From the NCBI GenBank assembly GCA_965613365.1, contig CBFDVL010000001.1, positions 1 to 38,711 of the forward strand: a stretch of DNA of 38,711 bases, written 5' to 3'. Source of the stretch: an uncultured archaeon. GTDB lineage: Archaea; Hydrothermarchaeota; Hydrothermarchaeia; Hydrothermarchaeales; CAZSVW01. Made by a program: the position numbers and the translations under genes. Positions 26,188-36,468 of the stretch are shown here, one piece after another (within the stretch, counting starts at the first letter, position 1; every line of letters starts with the position of its first letter). Under the pieces are notes generated by a model that was not told the DNA's origin, did no database searches, and worked only from the letters and a program-made list of their open reading frames with translations.

Positions 26188-26289
26188 ATGATTGAATGCC
26201 TAGCTGCAGTTGCATATATAGCACAATATGATGTTGTTTTTAAAGAATGTAAAAACAAAAAAAAGTTGCCGAAGAAATGGTGGCATTGA
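26188..26289 (+). CDS. 33-codon leader ORF ending in or after an A8 run; possibly the true 5' part of the next gene.
   Basis: The ATG follows GGGGGT by 8 nt and lies 1 nt after the previous stop. The ORF contains A_AAA_AAG (26259-26265) in the phase needed for -1 slippage into the 26277 frame. Confidence 0.3.
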   Translation: MIECLAAVAYIAQYDVVFKECKNKKKLPKKWWH

Positions 26290-26774
26290 ATATCATAAAA
26301 TCAGGATTTGACATTGGCGAGAGGATGAAACAGGAAGAATATTCCTCTTTTGAGAAGTTTCTCGAAAAATTTAATAAAGATGCAACAAGCCTAAATAAAA
26401 TAGAGTACTCTACCGAATATTTTGGAAATGGAATATTTGTTAGAAGTGTGTGTGATTTCGACTTAGCTATAAGTGACTGGATGAGTCTCTATGGCTCATT
26501 GCCAGAATGGCATGACAACGTTATCAAAGAACTCAGAAAGAGAGGAATACCAGTCATATGCATGCTCTGCGGACTTCATCAAGCATTGAGGCAGAAAATC
26601 GGAGAGAAAACTTTAATAAATAAAAGACCATGCAATGTCTATCATTTAGCCTCAAGAGACATAGAAGGAAATAAATATTATCAGGAAAATCTTGATAAAA
26701 AAGATAAAAAGGAACTTGAAAAATTGCTTGATGAATATTCGTGTATATTCTACTTCTATCCAAAAACAAGGTGA
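26277..26774 (+). CDS. Hypothetical protein, possibly a divergent V4R-like Cys protein.
   Basis: A 165-aa ORF co-oriented within the cluster. VICMLCGLHQAL...C is faintly V4R-like. The frame is open from 26253. Confidence 0.5.
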   Translation: MVALNIIKSGFDIGERMKQEEYSSFEKFLEKFNKDATSLNKIEYSTEYFGNGIFVRSVCDFDLAISDWMSLYGSLPEWHDNVIKELRKRGIPVICMLCGLHQALRQKIGEKTLINKRPCNVYHLASRDIEGNKYYQENLDKKDKKELEKLLDEYSCIFYFYPKTR

Positions 26775-26780
26775 TGATAT

Positions 26781-27206
26781 ATGGAGTTTCTGCACAGATT
26801 AATAATTGGGTTCTCTGCGGGAATTGAAAAGGTCATGGGTTCTGGAGCGCAAGCCGCGACAAACATCGCTGGCTATTATGCCGGCATGGAACTTGGAAAA
26901 GAGCTTCTTGAAAGAGAGATAATCTCCCAAGAAGACTCTGAAGAGGATATTATATCGAGGGTTTTGGATACCTTAAACCTTGCAGGAAACATAGAACTAG
27001 AAAAAAAAGAAGATAAGATAGAGATAACTGTTACAGAATGCCACATATGTCCAAAAAGAGTCGGAAAATATCCTCTGCAATATACCGCATGTCCTGTAGG
27101 TGGGATGCTTACAGGACTCTTGGACCTCGTGAAAGGAAGAAAAAGACAGAGACTTTTCATGAACCTCAAGGGGGGTGAAATCTGCAACATAGAAGTAAGG
27201 ATTTAG
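26781..27206 (+). CDS. V4R (4-vinyl-reductase) domain protein.
   Basis: The C-terminal part reads ITVTECHICPKRVGKYPLQYTACPVGGMLTGLLDLV...GGEICNIEV, matching the V4R Cys/Gly pattern. Confidence 0.65.
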   Translation: MEFLHRLIIGFSAGIEKVMGSGAQAATNIAGYYAGMELGKELLEREIISQEDSEEDIISRVLDTLNLAGNIELEKKEDKIEITVTECHICPKRVGKYPLQYTACPVGGMLTGLLDLVKGRKRQRLFMNLKGGEICNIEVRI

Positions 27207-27214
27207 AAAAGGAG

Positions 27215-27700
27215 ATAAAGATAGTAGTCCTTGGGAGACATAACGTCGGAAAAACAACGTTCTTAGAGAGTTTGTTGGGTAATATATTAAAGGTAGAGCA
27301 TAATGGAGATACCATTTCCTTGGATTATGGAAGGCTGAGAATAGGTGACAAAACGTTACACTTCTTTGGAACTCCTGGTCAGGAAAGATTCGAAATTATA
27401 AGAGATGTAATAATGAGAGGAATGCAAGGAGCTATTCTTGTTATCGATTCTACTAAGGGAATAGGAGAGTTCGAAATAAAATTATTAAGAAAACTTAAAA
27501 AAGAAAAAATACCTCTGGTGGTTGCATTAAACAAGTGGGACTTAAATAGCAACCTCAACGTAGACCACATTCCAGAATTCAGAGGAATTAAAGTTATCCC
27601 TATGATAGCCACAAAAGGCATAGGTATAAAAGAAGTAATTACCTCCCTAATTAAATTTTTTATAATTATGAAAGTTAAGAAAAAATTAAACCGGAGATAA
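27215..27700 (+). CDS. Small MglA-like/COG2229-type Ras-superfamily GTPase; start codon unresolved.
   Basis: G1 is VVLGRHNVGKTT (27224-27259), G3 is FGTPGQERF (TxxGQ as in MglA) and G4 is NKWD. The first canonical start in frame (TTG at 27272) lies after the P-loop. The upstream in-frame stop is at 27176. Only ATA (27215, 27221) or CTG (27182) are available, and AAGGAG lies at 27209-27214. Confidence 0.7.
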   Translation: MKIVVLGRHNVGKTTFLESLLGNILKVEHNGDTISLDYGRLRIGDKTLHFFGTPGQERFEIIRDVIMRGMQGAILVIDSTKGIGEFEIKLLRKLKKEKIPLVVALNKWDLNSNLNVDHIPEFRGIKVIPMIATKGIGIKEVITSLIKFFIIMKVKKKLNRR

Positions 27701-27703
27701 TTT

Positions 27704-28477
27704 ATGGTTCGTACTATAACCATAGCTTCAGGAAAAGGAGGAACGGGAAAAACCACAATTGCTGCAAACTTAGCTATAGCGCTTGCAGATATAGGTATAA
27801 AGGTATGTGTTTTAGATGCCGATATTGAGATGGCTAATCTTGAGCTTATTTTAGGCATGGAAAATAAGAGGATAACCCTCCTAGATGTTCTTGCTGATAG
27901 AGCCGATATAAAAGATGCAATATATATTGGTCCAAAAAGCGTCCTAGTTATTCCAAGTGGGATAAGTCTAGAAAAATTAAGAAATGTTGACCCCGAGAAA
28001 CTTAAAGATGCAATTAAAAAAATTATTGATGTTGCCGAGATTTTTATTATTGATGCTCCTGCTGGAATAGGAAAAGATACTCTTATAGCTATATCTAGTG
28101 CAAGAGAATGCTTACTTGTTGTGAATCCCGATATTTCTTCGCTTTCTGACGCTCTTAAAACCAAAATAATCGCCCAGAGACTCGGAAGTGAGATAATAGG
28201 AGCTGTACTCAATAGAGTAGAGGAAACTACGGGGAAGCTTACTGCTCAGGAGGTGTCAACAATACTTGAGGTACCTGTTATGGGCGTGGTTCCTGAGGAT
28301 AAGAATGTGAGAAGGGCTGGTATATACGGAGAGCCTCTAATCTTGAGATATCCTAACTCTCCAGCGTCTGTGGCTATTAAAAAACTTGCTAGAAAGATGG
28401 CAGGATTACCAGTAGAAGAGGAGAGAGAAAAGAGGAGCGTAATTTCAAAATTGCTCGGTGGTCTTTTAAGAAAATAA
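27704..28477 (+). CDS. minD: MinD/ParA-family ATPase with a C-terminal amphipathic tail.
   Basis: Contains the deviant Walker A SGKGGTGKTT, the IIDAPAG Walker B region and the basic/hydrophobic tail SVISKLLGGLLRK. Confidence 0.85.
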   Translation: MVRTITIASGKGGTGKTTIAANLAIALADIGIKVCVLDADIEMANLELILGMENKRITLLDVLADRADIKDAIYIGPKSVLVIPSGISLEKLRNVDPEKLKDAIKKIIDVAEIFIIDAPAGIGKDTLIAISSARECLLVVNPDISSLSDALKTKIIAQRLGSEIIGAVLNRVEETTGKLTAQEVSTILEVPVMGVVPEDKNVRRAGIYGEPLILRYPNSPASVAIKKLARKMAGLPVEEEREKRSVISKLLGGLLRK

Positions 28478-28544
28478 TGTTTAGTTTAATGTTTAAATGT
28501 TTAATATACTTGACAACTTTTTTCAACTTACTTCGGAGGAAGTT

Positions 28545-30904
<2,360 letters not shown>

Positions 30905-31093
30905 TCTATGAGAAATAGGCGAAACGGTTAAATAATTAATTCCTATACTATTTGATAGTAATCTATTGTAAATAATAGTTATGGTGAGAAGTTTGGATAA
31001 AGAGTTCGAGAAGATGAGCCTTGTTGAAAAATGGCGATATCTCAACAAAAAGATTAAAGAGGTAGATGAGAGAGTAAAGGAAATTGAAGAGAA

Positions 31094-32398
31094 ATGGAAA
31101 CGTGGGTTGAAAAGTATAGACCAAAAAGATTGAAGGACGTTGTTGGCAATTCTTCAGCTGTTAACACTTTGGTTAAATGGGTGGAAGAATGGAAGAGAGG
31201 AAAGCCTGAGAAAAAGGCAATTTTGCTATATGGTCCACCAGGCGTAGGGAAAACCTCGGTAGCTTATGCATTAGCTAATGAGCTTGGCTATGATTATATA
31301 GAGCTTAATGCTTCGGATACTAGGACTTATAACATTATTAATAGAATAGTTGGCTCAGCCTCTACTACCTCAACTTTAAGTCAAGAAGCGATGGGAAGAA
31401 AACTAATAATACTCGATGAGGTAGAAGGAATCCACGGTAAATATGATTTTGGAGGGTTAAAAGCTCTGAGGAACTGGATAAAGAAGACAGAACAGCCAAT
31501 AATACTTATAGCCAATGACCCATGGGCATTGCCAAGAGAGTTCAGAGACCTCGTTTTAATGGTGGGTTTTAAGAAGATACCAACGAGAACCATAGTGAAG
31601 GTTCTAAAAGAGATTTGTATGAGAGAGGGAATCAAAACCTCGGAGAAGGTTTTGCAAATCATTGCAACAAATGCCAATGGAGACTTAAGAGCAGCTATTA
31701 ATGATTTGCAAGCCCTTGCTCAAGGTAAGGAAACCTTGGAAATGCATGATATTGAGCTTTTGAATTTGAGAGACTCACAGATTAAAATCTTTGATGTTTT
31801 GATAAGAATTTTAAAAACAAGATACATAGGCAGAGCATTGGAAGCTGTTCAGGAGGCTGAAGAAGACCCTGAAAGGATTTTAAGGTGGCTTGTAGAAAAT
31901 GTGCCAAAGGAATATGAAAAACCTGAAGACCTTGCTAAGGCTTTTGACTATCTTTCAAGGGCAGATATATTCTTTGGAAGGATAAGAAGAAGACAGGACT
32001 GGGGACTAATGAGGTATGCAATAGATTTCATGTCGGCTGGAGTGGCAATATCAAAGAAAGAGAAATATTCGAAGTTTGTTAAATATGGCTATCCCGAGAT
32101 TTTCGTTATCTATGCTAAGACCAAAAAGCTCAGAGAGCAAGTTGATGCCATTGCAGAAAAAATAAAAGAAAAGCTACATTGCTCGAAAAGAGAAGCAAGA
32201 GAGATATACTTCCCGTTGCTTGAGATTGTTTTACAATCCGAGGAAGGTCCAAAACTTGCGCACGAGCTTGAACTAACTCTTGAGGATATACAATTCTTTG
32301 TTAAGGACGAAAAACTCAGCAAAGAGGTCTATAAAAAGGCAAAGGAAATTGAAAAGAAAAATAAAAAGCAGCTTTCCATTGTGGAGTGGAGCTATTGA
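31094..32398 (+). CDS. rfcL: Replication factor C large subunit.
   Basis: Contains WVEKYRPKRL, Walker A (GPPGVGKTS) and ILDEVEG. The C-terminal KQLSIVEWSY resembles a PIP box. Confidence 0.9.
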   Translation: METWVEKYRPKRLKDVVGNSSAVNTLVKWVEEWKRGKPEKKAILLYGPPGVGKTSVAYALANELGYDYIELNASDTRTYNIINRIVGSASTTSTLSQEAMGRKLIILDEVEGIHGKYDFGGLKALRNWIKKTEQPIILIANDPWALPREFRDLVLMVGFKKIPTRTIVKVLKEICMREGIKTSEKVLQIIATNANGDLRAAINDLQALAQGKETLEMHDIELLNLRDSQIKIFDVLIRILKTRYIGRALEAVQEAEEDPERILRWLVENVPKEYEKPEDLAKAFDYLSRADIFFGRIRRRQDWGLMRYAIDFMSAGVAISKKEKYSKFVKYGYPEIFVIYAKTKKLREQVDAIAEKIKEKLHCSKREAREIYFPLLEIVLQSEEGPKLAHELELTLEDIQFFVKDEKLSKEVYKKAKEIEKKNKKQLSIVEWSY

Positions 32399-32411
32399 AT
32401 GTTAAAGGTCG

Positions 32412-32438
32412 CTTGCAGTCCACTGCAAAACTATTTTT
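32412..32438 (+). terminator. Hairpin plus T5 tract downstream of rfcL.
   Basis: TTGCAG-tcca-CTGCAA (32413-32428) is followed by TTTTT at 32434-32438. Confidence 0.35.
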
Positions 32439-32495
32439 CCTTTGGGCAGAGTACATATAAAGAAGAATTAAAAGAGTTGATGAGTGAAAAGAAAA

Positions 32496-33716
32496 ATGCT
32501 GCTCAAAAATTGCAAAATTATAACCTCTAAGGAAATTATCGAAGCTGATATTTTAATCGAAGATGGAAAAATAGCAAAACTTGGAAAAAATCTGAAGGGA
32601 AATGGAGAAACAATTAACTTAAAAGGCAAACCGGTGTTTCCTGGATTGGTAGATATACACGTGCATGCAAGAGATTTTAAGCAAAGTTACAAAGAAGATT
32701 TTGCTTCATGCACAAAAGCTGCTTTAGCCAATGGCATAACGATGGTCGTTGACATGCCAAATACTTTGCCTCCGGTCATGGACAAAAAAACCTTTGATAA
32801 AAGAGTTGAAATAGCTTCTTTGAAATCCTATGTAGACTTTGGGATAAACTTTGGTGTAGCAGATATAAACAAAGAAGAAATTGAAAACCTACTTAACGCC
32901 AAAGGCGTTAAACCATTTGCCTTCAAGATTTACATGGATGACACCCTTGGAAAAGTTTCCTCTGAAACCATTGAGCGAGCGATAGAAACCTATGTTTGCT
33001 GTGTACATGCTGAAGAGCATGGAATAATAGAGGCAAAGGGTAGAGTTAAGGAGGCAGAGATACTTGCGGTTAAAAAAATATGTAAGCTTGCAGAAAGATA
33101 CAGAAAGCATGTACATATATGCCACATCTCATGCAAAGAATCTCTAAGGTATTTAAATAGGTATGTTACATGTGAAGTAACACCACATCATCTATTATTG
33201 ACTCATAAGGATTTTAAAGAGCTTGGGAGCATAGCAAAGGTCAATCCTCCTTTAAGGACGAGAGAAGATAATAAAGCTTTGCTTGAAGCTCTAAAAAATG
33301 GCATGATTCAGATAATTGCAAGCGACCATGCTCCACATACCCTTAGTGAGAAGGAATCAGAAAACCCACCAGCAGGAATTCCTAACCTAGATGTGATGTT
33401 CAAGCTCTTGTTAACTTTGGTTAATAAAAAGATTCTCAGCTTGCATAATATTGTATTAGCTCTATGCGAAAACCCTTGCAAAATTTTTGGCATAAAAAAT
33501 AAAGGCATTGAAGTAGGTAAAGATGCAGATTTGATAGTTCTCAACTTAAAAAAAGAAGGAAAAATAGTACCAGAAGAATTTTATTCAAAGGCAAAGTACT
33601 CTCCATTCGAAGGTTGGAAAACGATTGGAGAAGTAGAAACAGTAATTTTCAGAGGAAAGATTGCATATGTCGATGGAGAAATAATAAAAAATAAAAAAAG
33701 TGAAAAAAGGTTTTAG
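32496..33716 (+). CDS. pyrC: Dihydroorotase.
   Basis: Contains DIHVHARD (HxH), VVDMPNT and ASDHAPH. I prefer the ATG at 32496 over the GTG at 32484. Confidence 0.85.
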   Translation: MLLKNCKIITSKEIIEADILIEDGKIAKLGKNLKGNGETINLKGKPVFPGLVDIHVHARDFKQSYKEDFASCTKAALANGITMVVDMPNTLPPVMDKKTFDKRVEIASLKSYVDFGINFGVADINKEEIENLLNAKGVKPFAFKIYMDDTLGKVSSETIERAIETYVCCVHAEEHGIIEAKGRVKEAEILAVKKICKLAERYRKHVHICHISCKESLRYLNRYVTCEVTPHHLLLTHKDFKELGSIAKVNPPLRTREDNKALLEALKNGMIQIIASDHAPHTLSEKESENPPAGIPNLDVMFKLLLTLVNKKILSLHNIVLALCENPCKIFGIKNKGIEVGKDADLIVLNLKKEGKIVPEEFYSKAKYSPFEGWKTIGEVETVIFRGKIAYVDGEIIKNKKSEKRF

Positions 33717-33721
33717 GAATT

Positions 33722-33922
33722 TTATTCACTGGCTAACTTTATATCTTCAGCTTTTACCGTTTTTCTTCCCGCATGTTTTGCGTATTTGCCAGCTCTTTCA
33801 GCGATCTCTGTACCTATTTCCTCTAAGACCTTTACAAGCTCTTTTGCTGCATCAGTTCCTACTCTCATCTTAGTAGCTTTCCTAATAATTCTATCTGCTG
33901 CTGCAACTGGAATATCTCCCAT
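33722..33922 (-). CDS. Archaeal histone (HMf-like histone fold).
   Basis: IPVAAADRIIRKA...RVGTDAAKELVKVLEEIGTEIAERAGKYAKHAGRKTVKAEDIKLA. GGTGA lies upstream of the ATG at 33922. Confidence 0.85.
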   Translation of the reverse strand: MGDIPVAAADRIIRKATKMRVGTDAAKELVKVLEEIGTEIAERAGKYAKHAGRKTVKAEDIKLASE

Positions 33923-33994
33923 TTTCATCACCTTTTAGTAATTTTAAACTTTTAACAATATAAAGTTTTCTAAGATATGATTTATATGGTGATA

Positions 33995-34153
33995 TTATTT
34001 TCTTTTGGACTTTAATTTTTTTGCTAAGTCTCCATCCTCTATTATTAAAGCTCCTCTATAACCACAATCTTCACATTCATATATAGACCACATTTGGGGC
34101 AAAACCCACTTAACCTTATCAGAACCACATACCGGGCAATATTTTTTAGCCAT
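33995..34153 (-). CDS. Small Cys4 zinc-ribbon protein (52 aa); below the ORF-track cutoff.
   Basis: MAKKYCPVCGSDKVKWVLPQMWSIYECEDCGYRGALIIEDGDLAKKLKSKRK. The ATG (34153-34151) overlaps the aminotransferase stop by 8 nt. Confidence 0.55.
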   Translation of the reverse strand: MAKKYCPVCGSDKVKWVLPQMWSIYECEDCGYRGALIIEDGDLAKKLKSKRK

Positions 34154-35300
34154 TTTTATTTACAAATCTTTCTATTCTCTGTAAAGCTTCATCTATATTC
34201 TCAATAGAATTGGCATAGGAGCAACGAATAAAACCTTCTCCGCATTTACCAAAAGCATTACCTGGCACGACCGCAACCTTCTCTTCCTTTAAAAGTCTTT
34301 CAGAAAATTCTTCAGAGCTCAGCTTAGTGATTTTTATTGAGGGAAATGCATAAAATGCTCCTTTCGGCTCAAAGCACTCTAATCCAATCTCATTTAATCT
34401 TTTAACTATGAATCTTCTTCTTTGATTATATTGCTCAACCATACTATTGACTTCTTTTTCACCGTGCTTTAATGCCTCTATTGCAGCCTTTTGCGAAGCT
34501 ATAGAAGCGCAGAGCATTGAATACTGGTGAATTTTCATCATAGCTTCTATGAGCTCTTTATTTGCACAAGCATAACCTATTCTAAACCCTGTCATTGCAA
34601 AAGCTTTTGAAAAGCCATTTAACAATAAAGTTCTCTCTTTCATGCCATTTAATGAAGCAAAACTCACATGCTTTCCGTTGTAGGTTAGCTTAGCATAGAT
34701 TTCATCGGAGATGACAAATAAATCATGTTCTACAACTACATCTGCTATCTCCTCAAGATGTTTTTTCTCCATCGTTGCGCCTGTTGGATTATTTGGATAG
34801 TTCATTATCAGGATTTTTGTCTTAGGAGTGATTTTCTTCTCAAGTTCTTCTGGAGTAATTCTAAACTCCTCTTCTGGCTTAGTTTCCAGTGTCATAACCT
34901 TTCCTTCAGAAAAAATCACGCATGGTTTATAGGCTACGTAGCTTGGCTCATGGATTATTACTTCGTCGCCGATATCTACCAAGGCTCTTATTCCGAGGTC
35001 TAAGCCTTCGCTCACTCCAACAGTAACGAGAATTTCATTCTCGGGATTATACTCTACTTTGAAATTTCTTTTGATGTATTCAGAGATTTCTTCTCTTAAT
35101 TCAAGAAGCCCATAATTGGAGGTGTACATGGTATAGCCTTGTTCTATTGCATATATGCAAGCCTCTCTAATATGCCATGGCGTAACAAAGTCGGGTTCCC
35201 CTACCCCTAAGGAAATAACATCCTCCATTCTCTCAACTATGTCAAAGAACTTTCTTATGCCAGAGGGAGGAACCTTTTTAACTCTGGAAGCAAGTTTCAT
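34146..35300 (-). CDS. Class I/II PLP-dependent (aspartate/aromatic-type) aminotransferase.
   Basis: Contains NYPNNPTGA and SKAFAMTGFRIGY (the PLP lysine). Confidence 0.85.
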   Translation of the reverse strand: MKLASRVKKVPPSGIRKFFDIVERMEDVISLGVGEPDFVTPWHIREACIYAIEQGYTMYTSNYGLLELREEISEYIKRNFKVEYNPENEILVTVGVSEGLDLGIRALVDIGDEVIIHEPSYVAYKPCVIFSEGKVMTLETKPEEEFRITPEELEKKITPKTKILIMNYPNNPTGATMEKKHLEEIADVVVEHDLFVISDEIYAKLTYNGKHVSFASLNGMKERTLLLNGFSKAFAMTGFRIGYACANKELIEAMMKIHQYSMLCASIASQKAAIEALKHGEKEVNSMVEQYNQRRRFIVKRLNEIGLECFEPKGAFYAFPSIKITKLSSEEFSERLLKEEKVAVVPGNAFGKCGEGFIRCSYANSIENIDEALQRIERFVNKNG

Positions 35301-35311
35301 TTAAAATTCCT

Positions 35312-35794
35312 CTATGGAGTTATGGCAAGCCTTTTATTCTTCTCTTTCTCGACCAAAATATCTCCTTCTTCTTTGTATATTTTTAGGAGGAAATGCGTGG
35401 TAGTGCTTTGTACCTGCTCCAAAGGAGCTAACTTCTCTGCTACAAAGCTTGCAACCTCTTTCATGCTGTCTCCTTGCACTAATACCGAGAGGTCATACAA
35501 CCCAGAAACTAGGTATAAATTTTTCACCTCAGGGAAACGCATTATCCTCTCTGCTACACTATCGTAACCTTTATCTCTCTGAGGCGTAACCTTAACATCT
35601 ATGAGAGCATAGACCTTCTCTTTGCCAAATTTCTCCCAGTTGATTACAGTTTTATACTTCCTTATTATTCCCTTTTCTTCAAATTCCTTTATTTTTTTCT
35701 TAACTTCCTCCTCACTAACTCCGAGTATCTCCGCAATTTTACTTTTAGAAATTCTTGCATCTCTTTCAAGGATTTTAAGGAGTTCTTCCTCCAT
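35312..35794 (-). CDS. Lrp/AsnC-family transcriptional regulator.
   Basis: The HTH reads ARISKSKIAEILGVSEEEVKKKIKEFEEKGII and is followed by a RAM-like C-terminal domain. The ATG at 35794 is preceded by GGTGG. Confidence 0.8.
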   Translation of the reverse strand: MEEELLKILERDARISKSKIAEILGVSEEEVKKKIKEFEEKGIIRKYKTVINWEKFGKEKVYALIDVKVTPQRDKGYDSVAERIMRFPEVKNLYLVSGLYDLSVLVQGDSMKEVASFVAEKLAPLEQVQSTTTHFLLKIYKEEGDILVEKEKNKRLAITP

Positions 35795-35829
35795 GGGAAC
35801 CACCTTGCTTAGTTAAGATTAACTACGTG

Positions 35830-36100
35830 AACTACTCCGCCCTTACGGACGGAGCTTCTACCTTCAGAGGCATTGGCCTCATCATTATCATCGGTAGTTC
35901 GGGCTGGTTCATGGCAGCCCCCGCTCCCTCGAGGAGCACTTTAGTTTTAGTGCTCTTTCAGCCGACCCTAGGCAGAGGTTCGATGTCCACAGGCATTCGG
36001 GACCGTCCCAGCCCCACATCCGTTATAATAGATGTCTTACATCGTATAAATATTTATCGGCTCTCATCCCCTCCCTTTTGGAAGGGGATTTCCCGCCGAT
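35830..36100 (-). ncRNA. GC-rich structured RNA of unresolved identity; boundaries uncertain.
   Basis: This is a G+C-rich island in an AT-rich contig. On the minus strand, CUCCGUCC-GUAA-GGGCGGAG (35835-35854) forms an 8-bp stem with a GNRA loop and a U-G pair, which would be a C-A mismatch on the plus strand. Also on the minus strand is a box C/D-like K-turn hairpin, CUACC-GAUGAUAAUGAUGA-GGC-CAAU-GCC-UCUGAA-GGUAG (35858-35897). Further hairpins are GAGCACU/AGUGCUC, GGGCUG/CAGCCC and 36056-36100. The overlapping ORF 35827-36102 has a composition unlike the local proteome. Confidence 0.5.
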
Positions 36101-36222
36101 AAAGTTAAAGTACTGGAAAAATTTCCCTTGATAAGAGCTGATATAAAGAAAATAGGGCAAAAATGTATAGATTAAGGTTGGAGATATTATAATAATTTTT
36201 GACTATTCAAAGTGAGATAAAC

Positions 36223-36468
36223 ATGGCTAAGAAAATTTTAGATGAATTAAAATGGCACCCCAAGAAAAACCTTAAGAACGTATATATAGTATATTTACAT
36301 AGAGGAGTCCCTGGAAACAGAATTATCGTGCCCGCAGAAAATATAAAGCTTGAGAAATCCTTCTTTGTATTGGAGAACAAAGAAGGAACTTCAACTAGAA
36401 TACCCTACCACAGAATCCTTGAGATAAGAAAAGGCGAGGAGATAATTTGGAGAAGGAGAAAAACATGA
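36223..36468 (+). CDS. Small DUF504/UPF0248-like protein.
   Basis: MAKKILDELKWHP...YIVYLHRG...IPYHRILEIRKGEEIIWRR. The assignment is pattern recall only. Its stop overlaps the next start (ATGA at 36465-36468). Confidence 0.5.
   Translation: MAKKILDELKWHPKKNLKNVYIVYLHRGVPGNRIIVPAENIKLEKSFFVLENKEGTSTRIPYHRILEIRKGEEIIWRRRKT

Noticed and set aside
27379-28212. 277-aa minus-strand ORF.
   Set aside because: It is antisense to the MinD and GTPase genes, which have clear motifs. It is Ser/Ile/Leu-rich and has no recognisable motif.
30981-31133. 50-codon plus-strand ORF (MVRSLDKEFEKMSLVEKWRYLNKK...) upstream of and overlapping the rfcL start.
   Set aside because: It has no clear RBS and overlaps the canonical WVEKYRP start of rfcL by 40 nt in another frame. 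It cannot be supported without conservation data.
35830-36100. Calling the structured RNA RNase P RNA or SRP RNA outright.
   Set aside because: The universal CR-I/CR-V (RNase P) or helix-8 GGAA/AGCA (SRP) motifs could not be located by eye, and only vague local resemblances exist. It is left as unresolved ncRNA pending a covariance-model search.
35827-36102. 91-aa plus-strand ORF.
   Set aside because: It lies entirely within the GC-rich structured-RNA island. Its Gly/Ser/Pro/Arg-rich composition is unlike the K/E/I-rich proteome and it has no RBS.
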